Source of the DNA: Cetorhinus maximus
Taxonomy: Eukaryota
DNA: 64,000 nucleotides
Assembly (NCBI RefSeq): GCF_964194155.1
Contig: NW_027596135.1
Span: 496,001 to 560,000, forward strand
Direction: 5' to 3'
A program made the position numbers and the translations under genes. Below, piece after piece: positions 13,380 through 24,200 of this stretch; position 1 is the first letter of the stretch; each line of letters begins with the position of its first letter. The notes under the pieces are model-generated. The model did not search any database. It had not been told where the DNA came from and worked only from the letters and a program-made list of their open reading frames with translations.

Positions 13380-13845
13380 TGGGAGCCAGTGGCGTAGTGG
13401 TAATATCACTGGATGAGTAATCCAGAGGACCAGGCTAATGCTCTGGGCACACGGGTTCAAATCCCACCACGACAGGTGGTGGAATTTTGCAAGGTGCTGT
13501 CGAAGGAGCCTTGGTGAATTTCTGTGTACCATCTACGAGATGCACTACAGGAACTCACCTCCATAGACATCACCTTCCAAACCCAAGACCTCTACCATCT
13601 AGAGGACAAGGGCAGCAGGCACATGGGAACACCACCACCTGGAAATTCCTCTCTGAGCCACTCACCATCCTGACTTGGAAATATATCGGCCATTCCTTCT
13701 GTCGTTGGGTCAGAATCCTGGAACTCCCTCCCTCACAGTGCTGTGGGTGTACCTACAGTACATGGACTCCTGTAGTTCAAGAAGGCAGCTCACCACCAAC
13801 TTCCCAAAGGGCCATTAGGGATGGGCATTAAATGCTGGCTTAAAT
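13380..13845 (+). mobile_element. tRNA-derived HE1-like SINE head fused to a HER1-like LINE 3' end
   Basis: A-box gtggcgtagtggt, B-box gggttcaaatccc; tail gggatgggcattaaatgctgg. Confidence 0.7.
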
Positions 13846-14189
13846 AACAAGGTCTAAGTGTTATATATAAAGATGCTGACGTTTTATACTACAGAGCCTC
13901 ACAGACCCACCCCCACAAAGTTAGGAATCAGTCCCCTCATTCTTGCTTCCAACCCGTCAGCCCCCCAACCCCAGGCCCTTTTGGCCCAGCTGACACTGCA
14001 CAGAACCCCCTAATTGGCATCTCAGATCGGGTTCTGAAGCAAGCCACTGGGCATCAGTGAGGCTGCCCTGGGCCCTCAGCAGAAGCGTCACTCCGCTTCA
14101 ATCAGTAAACACCATGGCCTGGAACAGCCCTCAGCCTGCTGTCACTGCCAAGCGGACAGGTTGAGTGGGCCTGCAAGGCATCACAACAA

Positions 14190-14890
14190 GCATTGCTGGC
14201 TGGGCCCAGCATTTATTGCCCCTGCAGAAGGTGGTGGTGAGCCACCTCCTTGAACCACTGCAGTCCTTGCGGTGGAGGTACACCCATAGTTCTGTTAGGG
14301 AGGGAGTTCCAGGATTTTGGCCCAGCAACAGTGAAGGAACAGCCGATATATTTCCAAGTCAGGATGGTGAGTGGCTTGGTGGTGTTCCTATGTGTCTGCT
14401 GCCCTTGTCCTTCTAGATGGTAAAAGTCATGGGTTTGGACAGCACTGTCAAAGGAGCCTTGGTGAGTTCCTGCAGTGCATCTTGTAGATGGTACACACAC
14501 TGCTGCCAATGTGCATCAGTGGTGGAGGGAGTGAATGTTTAAGGTGGTAGATTTGTTTTTTTATTTGTTTATGGCATGCGGGCTTTGCTGGCTAGGCCAG
14601 CATTTATTGCCCATCCCTAATTGCCCCTTGTTCAGGGGGCATTTTAAGAGTCCACCATGTGCTGTGGGTTTGGACATACACATGTAAGGACAGCAGATTT
14701 CTTTTCCTAAAGGACATTAGTGAACCAGATGGGTTTTTACAACATGATCAATATCAGGCTTTTAATTGGAGATTTTTATTGAATTCAAATTTCACTTTCT
14801 GCCATGGTGGGATTCAAACCAGGGTCTCCAGAGCATTTCCCTGGATCTCTAGAATACCAATCTAGTGACAATACCACTATGCCACCGTCT
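14190..14890 (-). mobile_element. HER1-like LINE tail plus HE1-like SINE
   Basis: Reverse-complement copies of the same tail and tRNA-like head (gggattcaaacc...ataccact). Confidence 0.7.
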
Positions 14891-15589
14891 GTTGCTATTG
14901 TCAGTCTGCTCCCTTGGTCCAGGACTTCTTTCTGGCACCATCCTGTCTTTCATGACACACTCTGCCCAGAACTGCAACATTGTATTTATCTCTCATCCTG
15001 TCCCAGTGGGCATGCCTTTCAACCTGCAGCTGTTGTAATTCTAATCGACAGTCCAACGGAAACTAAAAGGATATGTTCTTTACAATAGCCCGACAGAAAT
15101 AAAAAGATATGTCCCTTACAAAACGCCCTAAGCTGAATCCGTCAAAAGGGAGTTGAACAGTTTCTTGAGGATGAGGAGCTTACAGGGTTACGGACAATAG
15201 AGGAAGGTGGGACCGGCGCTGTGAGTTTTTAATGATTGTAGGCGGGATCTTGCCTCAGTTGAGGGTAGCAGTGTTTGTTGCCGAAGGAATCAAGCTGCGT
15301 GCGAGCGAGAGGCACATTGGACCTGATCAGCGGGTGGTGTGAGGCTTGGGGACTTTTAGTTGGGCACGTGTCTCCGCACGTTGTTTAGGGAGCGTCTCTG
15401 AACTGTTGCGATCAGAACTGACATCTCATTACTTCCTCGCAGGCGGTGAGGGGCATGGCGGTGACACCTTCACCAGCCTTCGCCAACAGGCAAAACGCAC
15501 ATCGCGTGGTGAGGGATGAATAGATTCTGGATTTATTACACAGGATGAGGCCAGCCGGCACAATCGGATATTTTCCATACATTCAATGG

Positions 15590-16330
15590 GCCCAGAGCTC
15601 TGAGGTGCAGAGGGATCTGGGTGTCCTAGTGCATGAATCACAGAAGGCTCATATGCAGGCACAGCAAGTCATTAGGAAAGCTAATAGAATGATAGCGTTT
15701 ATTGTGAGCTGAATTGAATACAAAAGTAGGGAAGTTATGCTTCAGTTGTACAGGGCACTGGTGAGACCACATTTGGAGTACTGTGTACAGTATTGGTCAC
15801 CTTATTTAAGGAAGGATGTAAATGCGTTAGAAGCAGCTCAGAGAAGGTTTACCAGAGTAATACCTGGAATGGGTGGGTTGTCTTATGAGGAAACGTTGGT
15901 CAAGCTAGGCTTGTATCCGCTAGAGTTTAGAAGAGTAAGAGGCTACTTGATTGAAACCTTTAAGATCCTGAGTGGTCTTGACAGGGTGGATGTGGAGAGG
16001 ACGTTTCCTCTTGTGGGAGAATCTAGAACGGGGGATCACTGTTTAAATGTAAGGGGTCGCCCATTTAGGATGGAGGTGAGGAGAAATTTTTTCTCTCAGA
16101 GGTTCGAGTGCCTTTGGAACTCTCTTCCTCAAATGACAGTGGAAGCAGAGTCTTTGAATATTTTTAAGGCCGAGGTGGATAGATTCTGAATTAACAAGGG
16201 GGTGAAAGGTTATTGGGGGGTTGGCAGGAATGTGGGGTCGAGGTTACAATCAGATCAGCCATGATATTGAATGGCGGAGCAGGCTCGAGGGGCCGAGTGG
16301 TCTACTCCTGCTCCTAGTTCGTATGTTCAT
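15590..16330 (+). mobile_element. CR1-type LINE 3' fragment
   Basis: MLQLYRALVRPHLEYCVQYWSPYL...WNSLP. Confidence 0.88.
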
Positions 16331-16509
16331 ATGTGCAAGATATTCCCAATTTATTGTTCAATAGCCACCCGCAGTATATTTTACTCATTGTTTATAAATG
16401 CTTTCTTCCAGTTTTATCCATGTAGCATACCCTGCTCCAGCTGTCTCAAAGGCGTTGAATTCCACTGCGATACTGGGTCCAATAGAAACTCTCCCAGGTG
16501 ATCCATTTA

Positions 16510-17950
16510 TACAAACAAGGGTTGTATTCCCCAGAATTTAGAAGATTCGGGGAATGATTTAATCAAAGTTTTCAGGACATTAAGGGGAACTGAGAGGGTC
16601 GACAGAGGGAAACTGTTTCCCCCTGGTTGGGGGAGCCTGGGATGAGAGGGCAGAGTCCAAAAATGGGAGTGAAATGAGGAAAGACTTCTACACACAAAGG
16701 GCGGTCGGAGTTTGGAACTCTCTTCCCCAAACGGCAATTAATGCCGGGTCAGTTAATTTTAAACTGAGATTGAGAGATTTTTGTTAGCCAAAGGTATTAA
16801 GGGATTTGGGGCATAGGCGGGTATCTGGATATAGGTCACAGATCAGCTGTGATCTAGTTGAATGGGGGAATAGATCTGAGGGGCTGAATGACCTCCTATG
16901 TTCTCGGTCTTCAACTATGCGCTCAAAACGCATGTGAAGGCAGCAGAATTGACTATAGTCTTCAGCTGCCGTCCACAGATGTGAGCATCTCTGGGCAGTT
17001 AATCAGAATCATAGAATTGCTACGTCACAGGGAGCAAGCCATTCGGCTCATCATGTCTGCACTGGCTCTCCGCATGAGCAATTCAACTGGTGCCATCCCA
17101 TGGCTTCTCCCCGTAACCCTGCACATTCTTCCTTTTCAGATAATGATCCAATTCCCCTTCGGAAAGCCTTGATTGACCCTGCCTCCACCGCATTCTCAGG
17201 CAGCACATTCCAGATCCTAACTACTCGCCGCACGAAAAAGTTTCTCCTCGTGTTCCCATTGCTTCTTTAACCAACTGCCTTAATTCTGTGTCCCTTTGGT
17301 TCTCAATCCTTCCGCCAATGGGAACAGTTTCTCCCTATCTACTCTGTCCCAGAGCCCCTCGTGATTTTGAACACCTCTATCAAATCTCCTCTCAACTTTC
17401 TCTTCCCAAGGAGAACACTCCCAACTTCTCCAATCCATCCACGGAACTCCCTCAGTACCGTCTCCTGCACAAGAGAAGGCACAGGAGATTTATCAGAACG
17501 GTTCCCGGGGATGAGGGAACTTCAGTTCATGTGGAGGGACTGGAGAAGCTGGGATTGTTCTCCTTAGAGCAGAGAAGGTTAAAGGGGAGATTGAATCAAA
17601 GCATTCAAAATCATGAAAGGTTTCAGTTGAGTAAATAAGGAGAAACTGTTTCCAGTGGCAGGAGGGTCGGTAACCAGAGGTGGACACAGATTGAAGAGAA
17701 TCGGTAGAAGAACCAGAGGGGGAGATGAGAAGAATTTTTTTGACGCACTGAGTTGTTGTGATCTGGAAGGCGCTGCCTGAAAGGGCGGTGGAAGCAGATT
17801 CACGCTCAAAAAGGGGGAATTGGAGAAATACTTGAAGGGGAACAATTTTAGCCCTGGAGATTAGGGGACCAATTGGACGGCTCTTTCAAAGAAAGAGCAC
17901 AGGCACGATGAGCTGAATGACCTCCTTCTGTGCTGCGCCAGCCTACAATT
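16510..17950. mobile_element. Cluster of short CR1-type LINE 3' fragments in both orientations
   Basis: LGLFSLEQRRLKG and RVVRIWNVLP-type remnants. Confidence 0.7.
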
Positions 17951-18644
17951 CTATGTTACTCAAGTTCCTCATCCCTGGAATGAGGAAGTGCTTCCAAAAC
18001 TCAAAGTGGCAGGGAGAGAGAGACCCTAGAGCAAACATACAGATGGAGGGCAGAATGTTTAACCATACACACACACACACTACTTACAAAGTCTAAAATT
18101 AACAATAAAACAGTATCACGTTTGCAGAAGTTGCGGCTAATTTTTTTTTAGAAGGGAACACAGTTTTGAGGAACAAGAGTGTGCGTGTGAGATCAGATTA
18201 GGACACAGATTGGTTCAACATCCTGCTGGTTGGTTTCAATCACTCCGATCCACAAGGGTCCCTTCATCTTGTGCCGCTTTTCCATTCAGCGTCGAGTCCT
18301 GTGGCTCCTCCACATGTATGGTTTGCTGATCCCTGGACCCCACCTTGTTTGTGACAAAAGATATTTTTAGTGCTGGGTGTCTTCCAAACCGAGCACCCAG
18401 CCATCAGCTTCAATATTCTGCCCACCCGTCGTTCCCCCCTGCTGCTTTAAGGGATGCAGTTTCCAAGGGCCACAGGTAGCACACCCTGGCAGCTGTCCTT
18501 CTTGCATGTGGTAGATCTCGGTAGGCTAATCGACCTTGGAGATAGCACAGTAGCCAAACCCAAACTGTCCCAAATGGATAGGGCTTACTGCCAAAGAGAT
18601 TAGGGAACCAGGATGACTGAACCCCTCCTAAGTCCAGGGGTATT

Positions 18645-20836
18645 GAAGCACAGGGTTAGATACAGCGTAAAGCTCCCTCTACGCCGTCCCCATGAAACAC
18701 TCCCAGGACAGGTACAGCACGGGGTTAGATACAGAGTAAAGCTCCCTCTACGCCGTCCCCATCAAACACTCCCAGGACAGGTACAGCACGGGGTTAGATA
18801 CAGAGTAAAGCTCCCTCTACACCGTCCCCATCAAACACTCCCAGGACAGGTACAGCACGGGGTTAGATACAGAGTAAAGCTCCCTCTACACCGTCCCCAT
18901 CAAACACTCCCAGGACAGGTACAGCACGGGGTTAGATACAGAGTAAAGCTCCCTCTACACCGTCCCCATCAAACACTCCCAGGACAGGTACAGCACGGGG
19001 TTAGATACAGAGTAAAGCTCCCTCTACACCGTCCCCATCAAACACTCCCAGGACAGGTACAGCACGGGGTTAGATACAGAGTAAAGCTCCCTCTACGCCG
19101 TCCCCATCAAACACTCCCAGGACAGGTACAGCACGGGGTTAGATACAGAGTAAAGCTCCCTCTACGCCGTCCCCATCAAACACTCCCAGGACAGGTACAG
19201 CACGGGGTTAGATACAGAGTAAAGCTCCCTCTACACCGTCCCCATCAAACACTCCCAGGACAGGTACAGCATGGGGTTAGATACAGAGTAAAGCTCCCTG
19301 TACACTGTCCCCATCAAACACTCCCAGGACTGGTACAGCACCGGGTTAGATACAGAGTAAAGCTCCCTGTACACTGTCCCCATCAAACACTCCCAGGACA
19401 GGTACAGCACCGGGTTAGATACAGAGTAAAGCTCCCTCTACACTGTCCCCATCAAACAATCCCAGGACTGGTACAGCACCGGGTTAGATACAGAGTAAAG
19501 CTCCCTGTACACTGTCCCCATCAAACACTCCCAGGACAGGTACAGCACCGGGTTAGATACAGAGTAAAGCTCCCTCTACACCGTCCCCATCAAACAATCC
19601 CAGGACAGGTACAGCACGGGGTTAGATACAGAGTAAAGCTCCCTGTACACTGTCCCCATCAAACACTCCCAGGACAGGTACAGCACGGGGTTAGATACAG
19701 AGTAAAGCTCCCTCAACACTGTACCCATCAAACAATCCCGGGACAGGTACAGCACGGGGTTAGATACAGAGTAAAGCTCCCTGTACACTGTCCCCATCAA
19801 ACATTCCCAGGGCAGGTACAGCACGGGGTTAGATACAGAGTAAAGCTCCCTCTACGCTGTCCCCAACTAACACTCCCGGGACACGTACAGCACGGGGCTA
19901 GATACAGAGTAAAGCTCCGTCTACACCGTCCCCATCAAACACTCCCAGGGCAGGTACAGCACGGGGTTAGATACAGAGTAAAGCTCGCTCAACACTGTCC
20001 CCATCAAACACTCCCAGGACAGGTACAGCACGGGGTTAGATACAGAGTAAAGCTCCCTCAACACTGTACCCATCAAACAATCCCGGGACAGGTACAGCAC
20101 GGGGTTAGATACAGAGTAAAGCTCCCTGTACACTGTCCCCATCAAACACTCCCAGGGCAGGTACAGCACAGGATTAGATACAGAGTAAAGCTCCTTCTAA
20201 GCTCTCCCCAACTAACCCTCCCAGGACAGGTACAGCACGGGGCTAGGTACAGAGTAAAGCTCCCTCTACACTGTCCGCATCAAACACTCCCAGGACAGGT
20301 ACAGCACGGGTTTTGATACAGTTTAAAGCTCCCTCTACACTGTCCCCATCAAACACTCTCAGGACAGGTACAGCACGGGGTTAAATACAGAGTAAAGCTC
20401 CCTTTATACTGTCCCCATCAAACACTCCCAGGACAGGTACAGCACGGGGTTAGATACAGTTTAAAGCTCCCTCTACACCGTCCCCATCAAACACTCCCAG
20501 GACAGGTACAGCACGGGGTTAGATACAGAGTAAAGCTCACTCTACACCGTCCCCATCAAACACTCCCAGGACAGGTACAGCACAGGGTTAGATACAGAGT
20601 AAAGCTCCCTCTACACCGTCCCCATCAAACACTCCCAGGACAGGTACAGCACGGGGTTAGATACAGAGTAAAGCTCCCTCTACACCGTCCCCATCAAACA
20701 CTCCCAGGACAGGTACAGCACGGGGTTAGATACAGAGTAAAGCTCCGTCTACACCGTCCCCATCAAACACTCCCAGGGCAGGTACAGCACGGGGTTAGGT
20801 ACAGAGAAATGCTCCCTCTACACCGTCCCCATCAAA
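18645..20836. repeat. Large array of the 69-bp satellite
   Basis: About 31 tandem copies; produces the artefactual 567-aa ORF. Confidence 0.96.
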
Positions 20837-21104
20837 TCTTCAACTGAGAACAGAGTTCTTTAATGCCCTCATTGGAGTTTTACCCTACCCCATGCAGTTG
20901 CTGTGAGATTCGAGCAATCAATACAAACTACCTCAAACTCATTCCACCGCGAACAGCTTAATTTCTCCTGTGCTGATTGTTGCCGGTGCTGAGCATAGTT
21001 CATTAACAAAGAGAAGGAGTTTGGAGAGAAACCCATTCCTCAGCAATGGTTATTGGCTGGAAGGTCAGAGATATCCCCCCCCAGAGACAATTAAATCGAT
21101 TTAC

Positions 21105-21229
21105 CTCATTTCCCCGCTCGTAGAAAATCAGGCAGAGGCCAGTCATCATCCCCAAGGCACCAATCACAAAGCCGACTGCGCAGATTGCAATCTGTACTGG
21201 ATTTTTATGATTGTCTGACGTTGTTGCCT
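21105..21229 (-). CDS. WA: WA-1 connecting peptide/TM exon (EATTSDNHKNPVQIAICAVGFVIGALGMMTGLCLIFYERGNE)
   Basis: Acceptor tttgatttacag, donor GAG|gtaaat; CxxGxxxGxxGxxxG pattern of class II alpha TM. Not in the ORF track. Confidence 0.85.
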
Positions 21230-24200
21230 CTGTAAATCAAAGGGTATTAGTTAGTTTAATTCTGTATGTGTATGTAATATGTGTACGTTTGTATGAGTCT
21301 TGTGTGTTTGCATGTGTGTTTGTGCGCACGCGTGACTGTGTTTGTGACTGAGCAGATTTGTGACTGTGTGTGTGTGTCTGTGTGACTGTGATTGTGTGTT
21401 TGTGACTGTGTATGCATGACTGTGTGACTGCGTGTGTGTGTGACTGTTTGTGACTGAGCATGTTTGTGACTGTGTGCATGCGTGACTGTGTTTGTGACTG
21501 AGCATGTTTGTGACTGTGTGTATGTGTGTTTGTGCGTGACTGTGTTTGTGACTAAGCGTGTTTGTGACTGTGTGTGTGTGCGTGACTTTGTTTGTGACTG
21601 AGCGTGTTTGTGACTGTGTGTGTGACTAAGTGTGTTTGTGACTGTGTGTGCGCGCGTGCACGACTGTGTTTGTGACTGTGTGTGTGCGTGTGTGACTTTG
21701 TTTGTGACTGAGCGTGTTTGTGACTGTGTGTGTGCATGCGTGCGCGACTGTGTTTGTGACTGAGCGTGTTTGTGGCTGTATGTGTGTGTTTGTTTGTGAC
21801 TGTGTTTGTGACTAAGCGTGTTTGTGACTGTGTGTGTGTGCGTGCGTGACTTTGTTTGTGACTAAGCGTGTTTGTGACTGTGTGTGTGTGCATGCGTGCA
21901 CGACTGTGTTTGTGACTGAGCGTGTTTGTGGCTGTGTGTGTGTGTTTGTTTGACTGTGCTTGTAACTAAGCGTGTTTGTGACTGTGTGTGTGTTTGTTTG
22001 TGACTGTGTTTGTGACTGAGCGTGTCTGTGATTGTGTGTGTGTGCGTGCATGCGCGACCGTGTTTGTGACTAAGCGTGTTTGTGACTGTGTGTGTGTGTG
22101 TGTGTGTGTGCGTGACTGAGACTGAGCGTGTTTGTGACTGTGTGTGTGACTAAGCGTGTTTGTGACTGTGTGTGTGTGTGCGTGCGCGACTGTGTTTGTG
22201 ACTGTGTGTGTTTGTTTGTGACTGTGTTTGTGACTAAGCATGTTTGTGACTGAGTGCATGCTTGTGCGACTGTGTTTGTGACTGAGCGTGTTTGTGACTG
22301 TGTGTGTGTGTGTGCGTGCGCGACTGTGTTTGTGACTGAGCGTGTTTGTGATTGTGTCTGTGTGCGTGCGTGACTTTGTGACTGAGCGTGTTTGTGACTG
22401 TGTCTGTGTGCGTGCCTGCTCAACTGTGTTTGTGACTAAGCGTGTTTGTGACTGTGTGTGTGCGTGCGTGACTTTGTGACTGAGCGTGTTTGTGACTGTG
22501 TGTGTGCGTGCGCGACTGTGTTTGTGACTGAGCGTGTTTGTGTTTGTGTGCATGCGTGATTTTGTTTGTGACTGAGCGTGTTTGTGACTGTGTCTGTGTG
22601 CGTGCGTGCGCAACTGTGTTTGTGACTAAGCGTGTTTGTGACTGTGTGTGTGCGACTGTGTGTGTTTATGATTGTGTGTATCTGTGACTGTGTATGTCTT
22701 TGACTGTGTGTGTTTGTGACTGTGTGAGTTTGTGACTGTGTGTGTGTCTGTGACTATGTGTGTGTTTGTGACTGTGTGTGTGGTGTGTGTGTGTGTGTGG
22801 TGTGTGTGTGTCAGTCTCTGACCATGTCTACCTTCACCTCTGCTGTTGTGAATGGGTCTGAAACCCCTGTAAGCCCTGTGTGTATCTGTCTTTCAGTGTG
22901 TTTTTACCGGCTGTCAAATTCTGCCTGTGTATCTTTCCATCAGTTTGTGTCTATCTGTCTCAGTCTGCATCTGTCTGCCTCGCAGTCTATGTCTGTCCAT
23001 TCATCTCTGCCTGTCTGCCTCGCAGTCTATGTCTGTCCATTCATCTCTGCCTGTCTGTCAGTCTGCAAATGCCTGTCTGTCAGTTTGTGCCTTTTCTGTC
23101 AGTTAATGTGTCGCACTGTTAATGATGGACTGTAACCCAATGTTAATGATCAGTGTACCCCAGTGTTAATGATCAGTGTACCCCAGTGTTAATGATCAGT
23201 GTATCCCAGTGTTAATGATCAGTGTACCCCAGTGTTAATGATCAGTGTACCCCAGTTTTAATGATGGACTGTACCCCAGTAGGCTCGGAACTGCTCCTTG
23301 GTGTCTAGCTCCACCACACACGAGTACTTGTCCCCGACACCAGGCTCAATTTGCACATATTTCAAGATTTGAAACATCCAGCTGTTGTCGAAGGTGAACT
23401 GCGAGGACCTCACTTGCCCAGATAGGGGCTGATCGTTCTTCAGGAAGGACACATGGGCCACTGGTGGAAACAGATGACTCACAAAACAATTCAGGGTGTT
23501 CTTCCCCTCTAAGGTGAAGGGTTCACCCGGATAAAGCAACACTGTGGGGTTGTCTGGAAGGCACAAGGTTAAAAACTTGAAAGGGGGTGTTAGCAGCAGA
23601 GCTCACATCTTCGAAATTAAACAGATCGCCCCCCGCCACGGTCCCCCCAAATAGACAGAACAGGAAGACTTTGACCATTCAGCAAGATCATGTCTGATCT
23701 GTGACCTATCTCCACCTACCTGCCTTCGCCCAGTATCCCTTAAAACCTTTGGTTAGCAAAAATCTCTCAATCTCACAGATTTAAAATTAACAATTGACCC
23801 GGCATCAATGGCCATTTGGGGAAGAGAGTTTCAAACTCTGACCACCCTTTGTGTGTAGGAGTCTTTCCTCACTTCACTCCTGAAGGGTCTACCTCTCATT
23901 TTCAGACTCTGCCCCCTTGTCCCAGACTCCCCCCCTGACCAGCGGGAAATGGGCCCTCTCTATCAGTTCCCCTGAATATCTCGAAAACTTTGTTCAGATC
24001 ACCCCCTTAACCTTCTCAATTCCCGGGAATACGACCATAGTTTCTGATACCTCTCCTCAGAATTTAACCCTTGGAGTCCAGGGATAATTCTGGTCAATCA
24101 ACACAGAACCCTCTCCAAGGTCAGCATATCTTTCCGAAGGTGTGATGCCCAGAACTGCTCACAGTGACTCCAGGTGTGGCCTAAAATGGAGTTAGGTTGC

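Noticed and set aside
13380-13480. tRNA genes (also 38570, 51180, 52300)
   Set aside because: A/B boxes belong to SINE heads; no complete cloverleaf seen
18613-20316. 567-aa ORF
   Set aside because: Stop-free frame of a 69-bp (23-codon) satellite that also occurs elsewhere in both orientations
20860-20967. Possible last cytoplasmic exon of WA-1 (EKLSCSRWNEFE...)
   Set aside because: The acceptor lacks a pyrimidine tract and there is no homology support; the WA-1 3' end is left unresolved
23275-23553. True beta2-microglobulin gene
   Set aside because: The exon is preceded by an alpha1 exon and followed by a class II alpha-type TM exon
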